Shown here one piece after another: positions 29,723 through 39,802 of a stretch of DNA of 64,000 bases. The translations under genes and the position numbers were made by a program. The stretch comes from Lewinellaceae bacterium (lineage in GTDB: Bacteria > Bacteroidota > Bacteroidia > Chitinophagales > Saprospiraceae), in assembly GCA_963757435.1 (NCBI GenBank), contig CAVWSC010000024.1:22238-86237 (forward strand). Reading direction: 5' to 3'. Every line of letters begins with the position of its first letter. The first letter of the stretch is position 1. The notes beneath the pieces were generated by a model. That model did no database searches. It saw only the letters and a list, made by a program, of their open reading frames with translations, and was not told the DNA's origin.

Positions 29723-30560
29723 TCAGGTGATACTGCCGGTCCACGGCGCGGCGCAGCTCCAAAAATCGCTCATTCACGCCCCGGTAAGAAAGGCGGTCCA
29801 GCGGATACTCCCCGTACCAGTGTCGCTCATAATCTAGCGTCACGCGGCTAAAAACGGCGGCAAATTCCGTCTCATCCATCTCCCGCAAATAATCGCGGTT
29901 CACCTTGTCGCGCTGGTAACGGATCATGCCCGTCCGGTCCAGGGTTTTCAGCAGGCCCAGATAATGCAGCCGCACCGCCAGCGTAAACTGGCCCGCCTTT
30001 TCGGCCCGCGTCAGCAGGCTATCCGCCTCCGCCGAGGTAATGGTCTCTTCTTCTATCTCTTCCAACCGCACCGTCGTAGCCGCGTGCGGCTTCCGGTGCT
30101 CAATCAGTTCCAGCGTGTCCAGCACGTAATAGATCAGTGCCCCCAGCAGGCCCAGGGCCAGCACGATCAGCACCACTTTCATCCACGGTTGGATGAAAGT
30201 AGGGGCGTCCGCCTCATCCGGTTCTTCCTCCTCTTCTTCGCGGTCCTTTTTTTCGCTCTTCTTGAGCTTATTGACGCTTTTTACGTCTTTGTAAAAAACC
30301 ATCCCCTCCGTCAGCCGCGCCAGTTCCGCCGAGTCAAACGGCTGCACGGTCGCCGGGTCGTCCACCCGTGGAAAAACGGCCGTCGGTTCGGCCACGCTAT
30401 AGTCCGAATCATCGAAATAATAATCCTCCTCGTCCTCGTCCGGCACTTCTATCACGGGCGGCTGCTGCGCACACAGCACCTCCCCCGGCCATGGCGCAAA
30501 CAGGGCAGCCATCAAAAGGCTACCACACAACAAGGATCGAAAAAGCGGGGATAAGGGCAT
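29703..30560 (-). CDS. DUF4129-like membrane protein, MoxR-operon partner
   Basis: Signal peptide, acidic stretch, mid-protein TM helix, C-terminal …AVRLHYLGLLKTLDRTGMIRYQRDKVNRDYLREM… typical of DUF4129. Confidence 0.5.
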   Translation of the reverse strand: MPLSPLFRSLLCGSLLMAALFAPWPGEVLCAQQPPVIEVPDEDEEDYYFDDSDYSVAEPTAVFPRVDDPATVQPFDSAELARLTEGMVFYKDVKSVNKLKKSEKKDREEEEEEPDEADAPTFIQPWMKVVLIVLALGLLGALIYYVLDTLELIEHRKPHAATTVRLEEIEEETITSAEADSLLTRAEKAGQFTLAVRLHYLGLLKTLDRTGMIRYQRDKVNRDYLREMDETEFAAVFSRVTLDYERHWYGEYPLDRLSYRGVNERFLELRRAVDRQYHLNEAAHV

Positions 30561-30636
30561 TCAGTCTATTTCGGAAGGGCTAATTTACGGAGAATTTTCC
30601 GTAGCCGCGTGCCTATGGGGCAGGCAATTCGTTTCT

Positions 30637-30733
30637 TTTGGGCGTGCCCCCGGCTACCGCCGCGGCCGGTCCCTTCCAGGCTTCGCTAACGCTCGGCACT
30701 GCGTGCGCTAACGCCCTTCCAGGCACCTCACGC
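30637..30733 (+). repeat. REP-like element family A, copy 5
   Basis: GGGCGTGCCCCCGGC…GCACTGCGTGCGCTAACGCCCTTCCAGGCACCTCACGC. Confidence 0.7.
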
Positions 30734-30861
30734 AAGCACACCGCTCGTAAACGCCGCTCAGGTCAGCGACCTCCCAGTCCGAGCAGGGCGGCGCAGCCGG
30801 CCGTCCCTGAGATGAGCCGTGCTGACAGATTACGTCCCGGACGTGGACGTCCGCGGCCCCA

Positions 30862-30894
30862 AAAAAGAAAAGCCCCGCCACCAGGGCGAGGCTC
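30862..30894 (-). terminator. putative rho-independent terminator of the flotillin gene
   Basis: Imperfect 9-bp stem (AGCCCCGCC/GGCGAGGCT) followed on minus strand by TTTCTTTTTT. Confidence 0.4.
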
Positions 30895-30932
30895 TTCAAC
30901 TAAAACCATTCAAACTACTAAAATCTCCTGCC

Positions 30933-33068
30933 TCACAGCAGTTGCTTCAACTCCAGCTCGCCCATGCCCATGCCTTCCAGCTTGGAGCGGATGCCGGCTA
31001 CGTCCGACTTATCGGCAGGATCGGAGAGCTGTTGGTTCAGGCGCAGGAGCAGACCGGTGAGGGTCATGTCCTTCACGTCGGCCAGGGAGAGGCCGGAGCG
31101 TTTTACCAATTCCCGCAGGCGGGTCAGGATATCGGAGCCGTTGCCGTTCTCATGGCCGTTACCACTGCCCAGCAGACCATCCTTCAAGTCGCGCAGGTGG
31201 GTGCTGCTGTTGAGCATCCCGTCGATCTGCTTGCCGCGCCCCACCGAATTGAGGATGGAGTTGACGAACTGCATCTCGCCGCCGATGATGTCAATCTTGG
31301 CGTGCTTCATGGCCTCGGCCAGCACTTTGGCTTGCGCTTCGGCTACCTGACGCTCCACGTTGATCTGGGCCAGTTGCACTTCTTTGTCCTTATCCAGGCG
31401 GAGCTTGAATTCTTCGTGGTCCTTACCCACTCCGTCCAGTTTTTTCATGGCGTCTGCCTTCAGGGCCACGCCCCGGGCTTCGGCACTCAGCTTTTCTTCC
31501 AGCACCTTGGCGGCGGCCAGTCCCTGCTGTTCGGTCACCTCGGCGTCCACCATGCCCTGCATCTTGTTGGCACCGGCTTTCGCTTCGATTCCCCGGGCCT
31601 CGGCCGTGGCCGATAGCTCCAGTACCTTGGCTTCTACCTCGCCTTCCAGTTGGCGGGCGCGGGCCTTGGCCTCGGTTACCTGCGCTTCGGACAGGCCGAT
31701 GGTGGCTTCCTCGGCGGCCTTGGCCTGGGCGATGATCTTGCGGCTTTCGGCCTCCTTAGAGGCGGCGTTCATCTCGGCCTCGGCTTCGATCATCAGTGTT
31801 TTGGCCTTGATCTCGGCGGCCAGGCGCTCGCCTTCGGCTTCCTTCTCTTTTTCCACCACGATGGCCTCGCCCTTACCCGTCATCTCGATCACGGTGCGGC
31901 GGCGGTTCCGCTCGGCTTCGGCCAGTACGCGGGTATCCTTGATGAGTTCTTCTTCCTCGACCACCTTCTTCTCTACCGAGATACGGTCGCGGATGACGTC
32001 CTGAATGGATTTTTTCTGCTCCTCTACGGCGCGGGTCTTCTCGATCTCGGCCAGGGTCACGATCTTCTCGCGCTCGGTTACTTCCAGCAGGCGGTCTTTC
32101 TCTACCCGCTCGGTCTCAATGACGTTAGTGCGTTCCTTATTCTTAGCGGCTACCAGCACTTGGCGTTGCATATTCTCTTCGGCCACCTGCAGTTCTTGCT
32201 CGGTATTAATGCGCACCATGTCGGCCCGCAGCCGCTCCTGCTCCTCGATCAGGAGAATCTCGGCACCCTCGCGGGCCTTGATGTTGGCAATTTCGCGCCG
32301 CTGCCGCTCTTCCTTCTCGGCCAACTGGCGGTCGAATTCAAGGATGGCTTCGCGGGCTTCTACGTCCTGCTCGCGCAGGGTTTTTTCCTCCTCGCGGCGG
32401 ATGTAGTTGGCCTTCACGTTCTGCAGGGCCGTCAGTTCGGTGATTTTCTTGATACCCTCGGAATCGAGGATGTTGTCCCGTCGCAGGTAGCTGATCTCGG
32501 TTTGCTCCAAGTAATCGATGGAGACGTCGTCCAGTTTATAACCGTTCAGGTATTCCCCGATGGTGTTCTGGATTTCATGGTTGAATTTCTCGCGGTTGTC
32601 GTAGAGGTCCACGAAATCGAATCGCTTGCCTACCGTTTTGATGGCTTCGGAAAATTTGGCCTCGAACAGTTCGCGCAGCGTACCCAGGTCGCTGGCCCGC
32701 TGGGTCCCGATGCTCTGGGCCACTTTTTGAATATCGACGGCGTCCTTGTTGATGCGCACGAAGAAAACGACCTTAATATCGGCGCGGATATTATCCTTGC
32801 AGATCAGTCCTTCTTCCTTCATCCGCACGATCTCGATGGTCTTGACCGAAAGATCCATCGTCTCGTACATCTGTACGGGTGGGATGACGAAGATACCGCG
32901 CTCGAAGGCGACGCGAGTGCCTCCCATACCGGTAGCGATAATGGCCTTACCCTGGGGTATTTTGCGGTAAAACCGCAGTACCATGATGATCAGTCCCAGG
33001 ATAATGACCACCGATGCGGCCACGATGATGATGGTCCAGGGAACGGGTTGTGCTTGTAGGTAAAACAT
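30933..33068 (-). CDS. flotillin-family (SPFH/band-7) protein, YqiK-like
   Basis: N-terminal TM + SPFH domain, long Ala/Glu-rich coiled-coil region, 711 aa. Confidence 0.85.
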   Translation of the reverse strand: MFYLQAQPVPWTIIIVAASVVIILGLIIMVLRFYRKIPQGKAIIATGMGGTRVAFERGIFVIPPVQMYETMDLSVKTIEIVRMKEEGLICKDNIRADIKVVFFVRINKDAVDIQKVAQSIGTQRASDLGTLRELFEAKFSEAIKTVGKRFDFVDLYDNREKFNHEIQNTIGEYLNGYKLDDVSIDYLEQTEISYLRRDNILDSEGIKKITELTALQNVKANYIRREEEKTLREQDVEAREAILEFDRQLAEKEERQRREIANIKAREGAEILLIEEQERLRADMVRINTEQELQVAEENMQRQVLVAAKNKERTNVIETERVEKDRLLEVTEREKIVTLAEIEKTRAVEEQKKSIQDVIRDRISVEKKVVEEEELIKDTRVLAEAERNRRRTVIEMTGKGEAIVVEKEKEAEGERLAAEIKAKTLMIEAEAEMNAASKEAESRKIIAQAKAAEEATIGLSEAQVTEAKARARQLEGEVEAKVLELSATAEARGIEAKAGANKMQGMVDAEVTEQQGLAAAKVLEEKLSAEARGVALKADAMKKLDGVGKDHEEFKLRLDKDKEVQLAQINVERQVAEAQAKVLAEAMKHAKIDIIGGEMQFVNSILNSVGRGKQIDGMLNSSTHLRDLKDGLLGSGNGHENGNGSDILTRLRELVKRSGLSLADVKDMTLTGLLLRLNQQLSDPADKSDVAGIRSKLEGMGMGELELKQLL

Positions 33069-33274
33069 AGTGTTGGTTTGAATAAGTTAAGGGTGGTGTG
33101 GGGGTATGGTGGGTGTGGTGGGTGTGTCGCTTACACCTCCCAGGAACTTTCTCCGCTGTAGGCGGATAAAGATACCTTGGAGGAGAAGCGCTGGTGGTGT
33201 CATCTCCTCCGACAGAAGGGAAGGGGAGTTGCGCTATGCCTATTCAGTCCTTCAATCATTCACTCATTGACCCC

Positions 33275-33403
33275 GCGTGAGGTGCCTGGAGGGGCGTTAG
33301 CGCACGCAGTGCCGAGCGATCAGCGAGCACGCGACCGGGTGGGGTGAAGGGGACCCACCTGCGAGCCAGACCGACCCGGCCGGCAGGCCGGGGCACGCCC
33401 AAG
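33275..33403 (-). repeat. REP-like element family A, copy 6 (reverse)
   Basis: GCGTGAGGTGCCTGGAGGGGCGTTAGCGCACGCAGTGCCGAGCG…GGGGCACGCCC. Confidence 0.7.
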
Positions 33404-33405
33404 CA

Positions 33406-34071
33406 TTAAGTGAACTCGTGATCGACCTGGGCCAGGGGGCGGACCAGGTAATATTTACCATCTTCAGTGCGACTGGTAACCACGACGATGGTGCCCGAAG
33501 GGAGCGGGTCATCCGTCGTCTTGACGTTGATGAGCAGGTTGTCACCACCGATCTGGACCTCGGCCTGGCCCCACTTGACGGGGGTGGCCGGGAGCCGGAG
33601 CCGGGCTTCGCGGCCGATAAAATCGACCGGTTCGGCGGCGGTGTTGAGCGAGCGAAAAACGGGGATAAGCGGCGTGGTAATGAGTTTGGCCGCGAGCATA
33701 CCGACGATAAAAACGGCCGGTGCCGCAGCCAGCGCGAACCAACCCGAGCCGTTGGCGAAGTTGACGTTAAGCCAGACGGCAATGACCCAGCAAACGAGGA
33801 TGGCTACGCTCATGATGACCATGAAGGGGACGCGGCCGAAGTTGAACCAGAGCAGCGCCCCGGTAAGGCCGCCGCCACCGACCGCAAAATCGGAATCGAC
33901 ATCCATGTCAACGTCCATATCCACGTCGACCTCGATATCGAGGTCAATATCGAGGCCGTCCATGGTCATGGCCCCGGCAATAACGAGCAGCCAGTAAAGG
34001 AGCACGATGCCGAGGAGGATGGTCCATACAACGTTGACGGGGGAGGTGATGAGTTCGAGGAGTGCGATCAT
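33406..34071 (-). CDS. NfeD/YqiJ-like membrane protein (flotillin-associated)
   Basis: N-terminal TM helices, D/V acidic repeat, C-terminal OB-fold-like segment; immediately upstream of and co-oriented with flotillin gene. Confidence 0.6.
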   Translation of the reverse strand: MIALLELITSPVNVVWTILLGIVLLYWLLVIAGAMTMDGLDIDLDIEVDVDMDVDMDVDSDFAVGGGGLTGALLWFNFGRVPFMVIMSVAILVCWVIAVWLNVNFANGSGWFALAAAPAVFIVGMLAAKLITTPLIPVFRSLNTAAEPVDFIGREARLRLPATPVKWGQAEVQIGGDNLLINVKTTDDPLPSGTIVVVTSRTEDGKYYLVRPLAQVDHEFT

Positions 34072-34284
34072 GGTCTGCTGATTACGAGAGCAAGATGCTG
34101 CTAATCATGCGGACCGCCAAACATCCTCGGCTAAACTAAGGCGGGATTCGACGAACGGCGGCAGGGGCCGCCGGTAAAGCCTTTTAATTTCCGCAATGAG
34201 GAACAATTTCGGCGTCAAAGCGGAAGACGAGCAACCACCAAATAAGGGATTAGTAGCTACCTGAACGGCCAAAATTAGCGTAGG

Positions 34285-36006
34285 TTAGAGCAGTTCCGTG
34301 ATCTTTTCCTGGACGAAAGTCGTCAGTTCGCTAACGTAGCTTTTCGAGAAATCAAAGGAAATACCGGCTACTTCGTAGACCTCGGGAATGGACCGCGTGT
34401 AGCCTACCTCAAGGGCGTTTTGGTAATTCCTGATGGTGCGGGCGGGGTTTTCGCAGTACTGTTTCCAGAGCGCGATGGCACCCAGTTGGGCCATGCCGTA
34501 CTCGATGTAGTAGAAGGGAACCTCGAAGAGGTGGATCTGCTTGTGCCACTGGTGGACGACCGTATCATCAAGGCCGTCGTAGTCTACCTCTTCGGAATTG
34601 AAGCGGTAATAAATTTCCGACCAGGCGGCGGCGCGTTCGGCGCGGTCCTGATCGGGGTTGGCGTAGAGCCAGTGCTGGAAGGCGTCGATGGTAGCGATCC
34701 AGGGCAGGACCTTGAGCACCATTTCCAGCTGCTGAAGTCGGGCGCGGCGCAGTTCTTCCGGGTCGGTATAGAAAATATCCCAGTGTTCCATGCTGAATAG
34801 TTCCATCGACATGGCGGCTAGTTCGGCGATCTCGGAAGGTACGCGGCGGGCGGCCACGGGGCGCAGGTCTCGGATAAGATAACTGTGGATGGCGTGTCCG
34901 CTCTCGTGCAGGAAGGTGCGCACGTCGGTCGAAGACGAAGTGGCGTTCATGAACAAGAAGGGCAAGCCGGAGACCAGCATGGGCATATTATAGGCACCGG
35001 GGCGTTTGCCGGGGCGGGCCTCGATATCGAGACGGCCGGCTTCGCGCATTTTGCGGATCACGTCCCCAAAATCGGGGTTGATGCGGTCCAGGCAGCGGAT
35101 ACTTTTTTCCAGCAGGTCTACGCTGCCGTCGAAGGGCCGCAGGGGGGCGCGGCCGGAAATATCGGTAGAGAGATCCCAGGGGCGTAGGATGTCCAGTTCC
35201 AGGGACTCGCGGCGGTGGCGGTTGATCTGGTCCAGCAAGGGCAATACTTCGGAGGAGACGGACTCGTGAAAATCGAGGCAATCCTTGGGCTGGTAGTCGA
35301 AGCGGTTAAGGTCCGCGAAACGGTAATCGGTATAGCTATCGAAATCGGCGTTAGCCGCAATGCGATTACGCTTGGTGAGTAACTCGGCAAAAATTTCCTC
35401 AAAGGCATCGGCGTCCTGGACCATGCGTTCGTTGATCTTGCGGTAGACGGTTTCACGCTCTGCCCTGTTGGTGCCCTCCAGTAGTAGGCCGGCTTCTTGC
35501 AGGGTAAGTTGGGCACCGTCCATGCCCACGGTCATGGCCCCGAACAGCCGTCCGTAGTCCTTGCTCCGGATTTGTACCTCGGTGGCCAGGTGTACATTGG
35601 CTTCGCGGTAGATACGCAGGTTGTTGCGCAAATTCCGCAGGTAGATACCGTGAGAAGACGTGGGTAGTTCCGTGGCGAAAGCGGAAGAATTGAGTTTGAT
35701 ACTCAGTTTCTGGTCCATTTCCGCCACCAGGGGAGATATGTGCTGGACGAACTCCTGATAGGCGTCCATTTTTTTGTCGTTGCCGGTATCCCGGCTGAAA
35801 GCGACGAATAGTTCGGCGAAACGTTCGCTGAGGTGCGCGTTGAGGGTGCCGCGATCCAGGAGCCATTTCCTTAGCTCGTCGAGAGATTCGACCGTCCGCC
35901 CCCTTAATTCTTCGAATCTTTCCCGTACATCAGCGTGCCGGTCGGCCTGAAAGCCGCTGGGTAGGAAGGATGACGTACTTGGCGATTGTGATGTGGTGAT
36001 TCCCAT
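34285..36006 (-). CDS. pepF: M3-family oligoendopeptidase F
   Basis: HESGHAIH zinc-binding HExxH motif; ~570 aa M3B architecture. Confidence 0.85.
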   Translation of the reverse strand: MGITTSQSPSTSSFLPSGFQADRHADVRERFEELRGRTVESLDELRKWLLDRGTLNAHLSERFAELFVAFSRDTGNDKKMDAYQEFVQHISPLVAEMDQKLSIKLNSSAFATELPTSSHGIYLRNLRNNLRIYREANVHLATEVQIRSKDYGRLFGAMTVGMDGAQLTLQEAGLLLEGTNRAERETVYRKINERMVQDADAFEEIFAELLTKRNRIAANADFDSYTDYRFADLNRFDYQPKDCLDFHESVSSEVLPLLDQINRHRRESLELDILRPWDLSTDISGRAPLRPFDGSVDLLEKSIRCLDRINPDFGDVIRKMREAGRLDIEARPGKRPGAYNMPMLVSGLPFLFMNATSSSTDVRTFLHESGHAIHSYLIRDLRPVAARRVPSEIAELAAMSMELFSMEHWDIFYTDPEELRRARLQQLEMVLKVLPWIATIDAFQHWLYANPDQDRAERAAAWSEIYYRFNSEEVDYDGLDDTVVHQWHKQIHLFEVPFYYIEYGMAQLGAIALWKQYCENPARTIRNYQNALEVGYTRSIPEVYEVAGISFDFSKSYVSELTTFVQEKITELL

Positions 36007-36165
36007 GAGACAGGCGAGGTAGGCAAAGTCAAGGATGACGATGCTGATTGCTTTCGTTACGGATGAGAGCCGGAATGGTTACCCGATCCGCTTCTTCTTT
36101 TTTATAATAGCTTCCCCTCTCAAATTTAGACATGCTCTTAGTGTAGCAACCATTAGTAATGGTAG

Positions 36166-36573
36166 TTACTCTTCTTCTTCGTCGCTATCCGCCAGCAGGT
36201 CGAGTTCATGTAGCAGCGTAAACCACTTAATGAGCTTTTTAACGTCACCGGCATAGACCCGTTCGCGATCGAAGTTGGGCAGTACATCGGCCAGGTATTC
36301 GTATAGGTCTTCGGAAGAAGCACTTGGTGATACCGGGGGGTTATCCTCGAACTGCTCTAGCATCCGGCGAAAGATCGTGTCCAAAGGTTCTCCTTCTGAA
36401 TCGGTCGTGTAGATGGAAATGCTGGCCAGGGGGAGGAACTGGTACGTCCGCGAAGGGGCAAAACGCCGCTTCTTGGTGCGAAGGTCCTCGATAATCAGGC
36501 CGTTCTTTCGGCTGGCCGCCATCCGGTATAGCCCCGGTAGGCCGCTGACCGATAATATTTCCGTTAACTGCAT
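36166..36573 (-). CDS. hypothetical protein with acidic C-terminal tail
   Basis: ORF with DSDEEEE terminus; start chosen at MQLTEIL. Confidence 0.4.
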   Translation of the reverse strand: MQLTEILSVSGLPGLYRMAASRKNGLIIEDLRTKKRRFAPSRTYQFLPLASISIYTTDSEGEPLDTIFRRMLEQFEDNPPVSPSASSEDLYEYLADVLPNFDRERVYAGDVKKLIKWFTLLHELDLLADSDEEEE

Positions 36574-36843
36574 AAAACGATTGCTGGTGATAGAACCACA
36601 AAGGTAACAATTTACCACTAGCCCAAATCAACGAATCAGGCGAGCTTTTCAACCGTTGACCGGTAAAATCAGACTTTCCGTTTCAGTGCCGATGAAGGAG
36701 GAGGATCGAGTAACAACCGATCAGGAAGTTTCGACAAGTAGTTCGGGTTGCCCAAAGGTAACCGAATGTCGTTGGAATACAAGGTTTACGGGTAGTAAAA
36801 TTGATAAAATTATAATATGTAACTCCCTTGCGTCGTGTCTCGC

Positions 36844-38877
36844 TCAGTAGGCGGCCAATTCCCGTAACATAGTTTCCAATCGTTCGGAGGAGGGCAGGTA
36901 ATTTACTTCCAGTTCCTTAATGAAAGGTATGGGCGTATCGGCGGCTGCCAGGCGTCGCACGGGCGCATCCAGGGATTCAAAACAATGCTCGGATAAGTGA
37001 GCGGCAATCTCTCCCCCCACGCCGCCGGTCAGGTTGTCTTCGTGCAACACTAGCACGCGGCCGGTTTTGCGGGCGGTGGCGGTCACGGCCTCCCAATCGA
37101 GGGGGGCCAGACTGCGCAGGTCCAGTATTTCGGCGTCGATGCCGGTTGCCGCCACGGCCGCTCGCGCCCAGTGTAGGCCCATGCCGTAGGTGATGATGGA
37201 GAGCGTGCTACCGGACCGATCTACCCGTGCTTTGCCGATCTCGGCGCGATAGTTACCCTCCGGCACCACGCCACTCAGGCTGCGGTAAAGTGCCTTGTGC
37301 TCGAAATAGAGTACAGGGTTGGGGTCGGCCAGCGCGGCCAGCAACAAACCTTTGGCATCCTCCGGGGTGGCGGGGTAGACGATCTTCAGGCCGGGCACGT
37401 GGAAAAACCAGGCCTCATTGGTCTGCGAATGAAAAGGACCCGCGCCCACGCCGCCGCCGCAGGGCAGGCGCACGGTTACGGCGGCGTTCTGTCCCCAGCG
37501 GTAGTGCAGTTTGGCCAGGTTATTCACGATCTGGTTGAAGCCGCAGGTAACGAAATCGCCAAACTGCATTTCCACCATCGCCCGGTAGCCGGCAATACTC
37601 AGGCCCAGGCCGATGCCCAGGATGGCACTCTCGCACAGGGGCGTGTTCCGTACCCGGTCTTTGCCGAATTGCTCGGTAAACCCATCCGTGATTTTGAATA
37701 CGCCGCCGTAGTCGGCAATGTCCTGGCCCATCAGCACCAGCTTATCGTCGGCCAGCATGGCCTCGCGCAGGCCGTCGGTGATGGCGTCGATAAAACGGAT
37801 TTCCCCCTGGCCTTCCCGAATCGCGGGTGCCGCCAGCGGCGCGGGCGCGGGTGCGAATAGGTCGGCGGTTTCCTGCTCGATGGTGCGGGTGGTAACCGGG
37901 GCGTTACCCGCCACGTCCAGGCCGCGCTCGATCTCCGTTTTAATGGTGGCGCGGAGTTGCTTCAGGTAGGGATCGGTCAGCAGTCCTTCCGCGCGGAGCC
38001 ACTGCTCGTAGTTCTCCAGCGGGTCGCGCTCGGCCCACTGATCCATCAGGTCCTGGGGCACGTACTTGGTGCCGCTGGCCTCCTCGTGGCCGCGCATCCG
38101 GAAGGTCTGGCATTCCAGCAGTACGGGAAAGGGGTTCTCGCGCATCTCGGCGGCCAGTTCTGAAATAGTCCGGTAGACCTCCAGGATGTTGTTGCCGTCA
38201 ATGGTCAGGGCGCGCATCCCGTAGCCGCGGCCGCGGTCGGCCAGGTCCTGGCAGGCGTACTGCTCGGCGGTGGGGGTGCTGAGGCCGTAACCGTTGTTCT
38301 CGATAATAAAGATGGTCGGCAGGCTCCAGACGGCGGCCGTATTCAGGGCTTCGTGAAACTCCCCCTGGCTGGTGCCGCCCTCGCCCGTGAAGGCCAGGCT
38401 GATGGCACGGTCGCCGCTCAACTGGTGGGCCAGCCCCACGCCGGCGGCCAGCGAGAGTTGCGGACCCAGGTGCGAGATCATGCCCACCACATGGTGTTCG
38501 GGTGCGCCGAAGTGAAAGGAGCGGTCACGGCCGTTGGTGTAGCCCAGCGGCTTACCCTGCCACTGCGCAAACAGCCGGTCCAGCGGCAGCCCCCGGCTGG
38601 TAAATACGCCCAGGTTACGGTGCATGGGAAAGATCCACTCCTCGTCATTCAGCGCCAGGGTGGCACCTACTGAAATCGCCTCTTGCCCGATGCCGGAAAA
38701 CCACTTGCTGATCTCGCCGCGGCGCAGCATTTTCAGCATTTTCTCTTCGATCATGCGCGGCCGCAGCAGGTGCAGGTGCAGGCGTAGTAGGGTTTCGTCG
38801 GTCAGGGTGCCACGCTCATAGGTCAGCGGAGCGGTCAGGGTAGGGGTAGCCACGGGCAAGTTATTTGGAAGGGTCAA
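36844..38877 (-). CDS. 2-oxoacid dehydrogenase E1 component, fused alpha/beta subunits (TPP-dependent)
   Basis: N-terminal E1-alpha TPP-binding region and C-terminal E1-beta transketolase-like region in one 677-aa ORF. Confidence 0.85.
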   Translation of the reverse strand: MTLPNNLPVATPTLTAPLTYERGTLTDETLLRLHLHLLRPRMIEEKMLKMLRRGEISKWFSGIGQEAISVGATLALNDEEWIFPMHRNLGVFTSRGLPLDRLFAQWQGKPLGYTNGRDRSFHFGAPEHHVVGMISHLGPQLSLAAGVGLAHQLSGDRAISLAFTGEGGTSQGEFHEALNTAAVWSLPTIFIIENNGYGLSTPTAEQYACQDLADRGRGYGMRALTIDGNNILEVYRTISELAAEMRENPFPVLLECQTFRMRGHEEASGTKYVPQDLMDQWAERDPLENYEQWLRAEGLLTDPYLKQLRATIKTEIERGLDVAGNAPVTTRTIEQETADLFAPAPAPLAAPAIREGQGEIRFIDAITDGLREAMLADDKLVLMGQDIADYGGVFKITDGFTEQFGKDRVRNTPLCESAILGIGLGLSIAGYRAMVEMQFGDFVTCGFNQIVNNLAKLHYRWGQNAAVTVRLPCGGGVGAGPFHSQTNEAWFFHVPGLKIVYPATPEDAKGLLLAALADPNPVLYFEHKALYRSLSGVVPEGNYRAEIGKARVDRSGSTLSIITYGMGLHWARAAVAATGIDAEILDLRSLAPLDWEAVTATARKTGRVLVLHEDNLTGGVGGEIAAHLSEHCFESLDAPVRRLAAADTPIPFIKELEVNYLPSSERLETMLRELAAY

Positions 38878-39181
38878 AGCTACCGCATTTGCCGTCGGTA
38901 CACCATATATAAGGTGGAAAGAATTGACCGCCGGGCGGACCGGCCCCGCATTTGTCCGCCTGTTAAGGAAATTAGTAACTTGGTTAAATAAGCCGTAATC
39001 CCGCCCAAATAGTTGGAGGCAGGGGAGAGTCCACCCTATTTTAGTGGCACGTTAGCAACGAAGGACAAACGGGAGTTCGATTAATCGGTCACTTACCTTC
39101 CCTTCGGCACCTTAACTAACACCTTTTCCTTTCCACCACGCCCTTTCCAATAACCCGGCCGGGCGGCAACTTAACCAACCA

Positions 39182-39703
39182 ATGAAAACCTTACGTTACT
39201 TTACCTTCCTCGCTTTTCTCTGCTCCCTCTGCGCCGCTTCCGGCCTTCAGGCCCAGATTCCTACCTCACCGGTAGGCGTGCCCACTACCGGTACTACCAC
39301 CGCTCCGGGCCGCACCACGGCCCAGACTCCCACTAGCACCCCGGCCCCCGGTCGCACCTCCGCCGCCGGCACTCGTACTCCGCGCACGTCCACCAATCAG
39401 GGTGGCGTTTACTGCCCTCCCGGTGGTAATACCCGCACGGCTAATACCGGTCGCGCTACCACTACCACCCGTGCTACCAACAATCGCCGTACCACCTGGT
39501 CTACCCGCCCGGCCGCTCCCCGCGCCACTACTAGCAGCAGCCCCAACTGGTCCTCGCGTCGTACTTCCACCACCGTACGCACCCCCAGCCGTAGCCGCAA
39601 TCAGGCAAGTACGCGTACGAGCAGCAACAATCGCAACGATCGGGACAATCGTACGCCTGATAAGCCCTCCAAGCCTAATATGTGTCCTACGGGCTGGAAC
39701 TAA
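39182..39703 (+). CDS. secreted low-complexity Thr/Arg/Pro-rich protein
   Basis: Signal peptide then T/R/P/S-rich sequence with short repeats (PGRTTAQTPTSTPAPGRTSAAG…). Confidence 0.4.
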   Translation: MKTLRYFTFLAFLCSLCAASGLQAQIPTSPVGVPTTGTTTAPGRTTAQTPTSTPAPGRTSAAGTRTPRTSTNQGGVYCPPGGNTRTANTGRATTTTRATNNRRTTWSTRPAAPRATTSSSPNWSSRRTSTTVRTPSRSRNQASTRTSSNNRNDRDNRTPDKPSKPNMCPTGWN

Positions 39704-39802
39704 GTAATAGCCTGGGCAGCCGCGTCATTTTCCAGTCAACGGCGCGGCTACTCCGGCTTCTTCACACCCTCATTTAACACTTTACCTCATACTCACCCTG
39801 TT

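Noticed and set aside
28844-29851. 335-aa plus-strand ORF
   Set aside because: It is antisense to the DUF4350-like gene and has no recognisable family.
31650-33059. 469-aa plus-strand ORF (and ORFs 30819-31616, 31360-32004, 32005-32406)
   Set aside because: They are antisense to the flotillin gene, with low-complexity G/L/A-rich translations typical of GC-rich antisense frames.
36121-36137. Third MITE/IS terminal remnant (AAATTTAGACATGCTCT)
   Set aside because: Only 17 nt with a mismatch, so it could be a chance match. It is mentioned in the findings only as a possible remnant.
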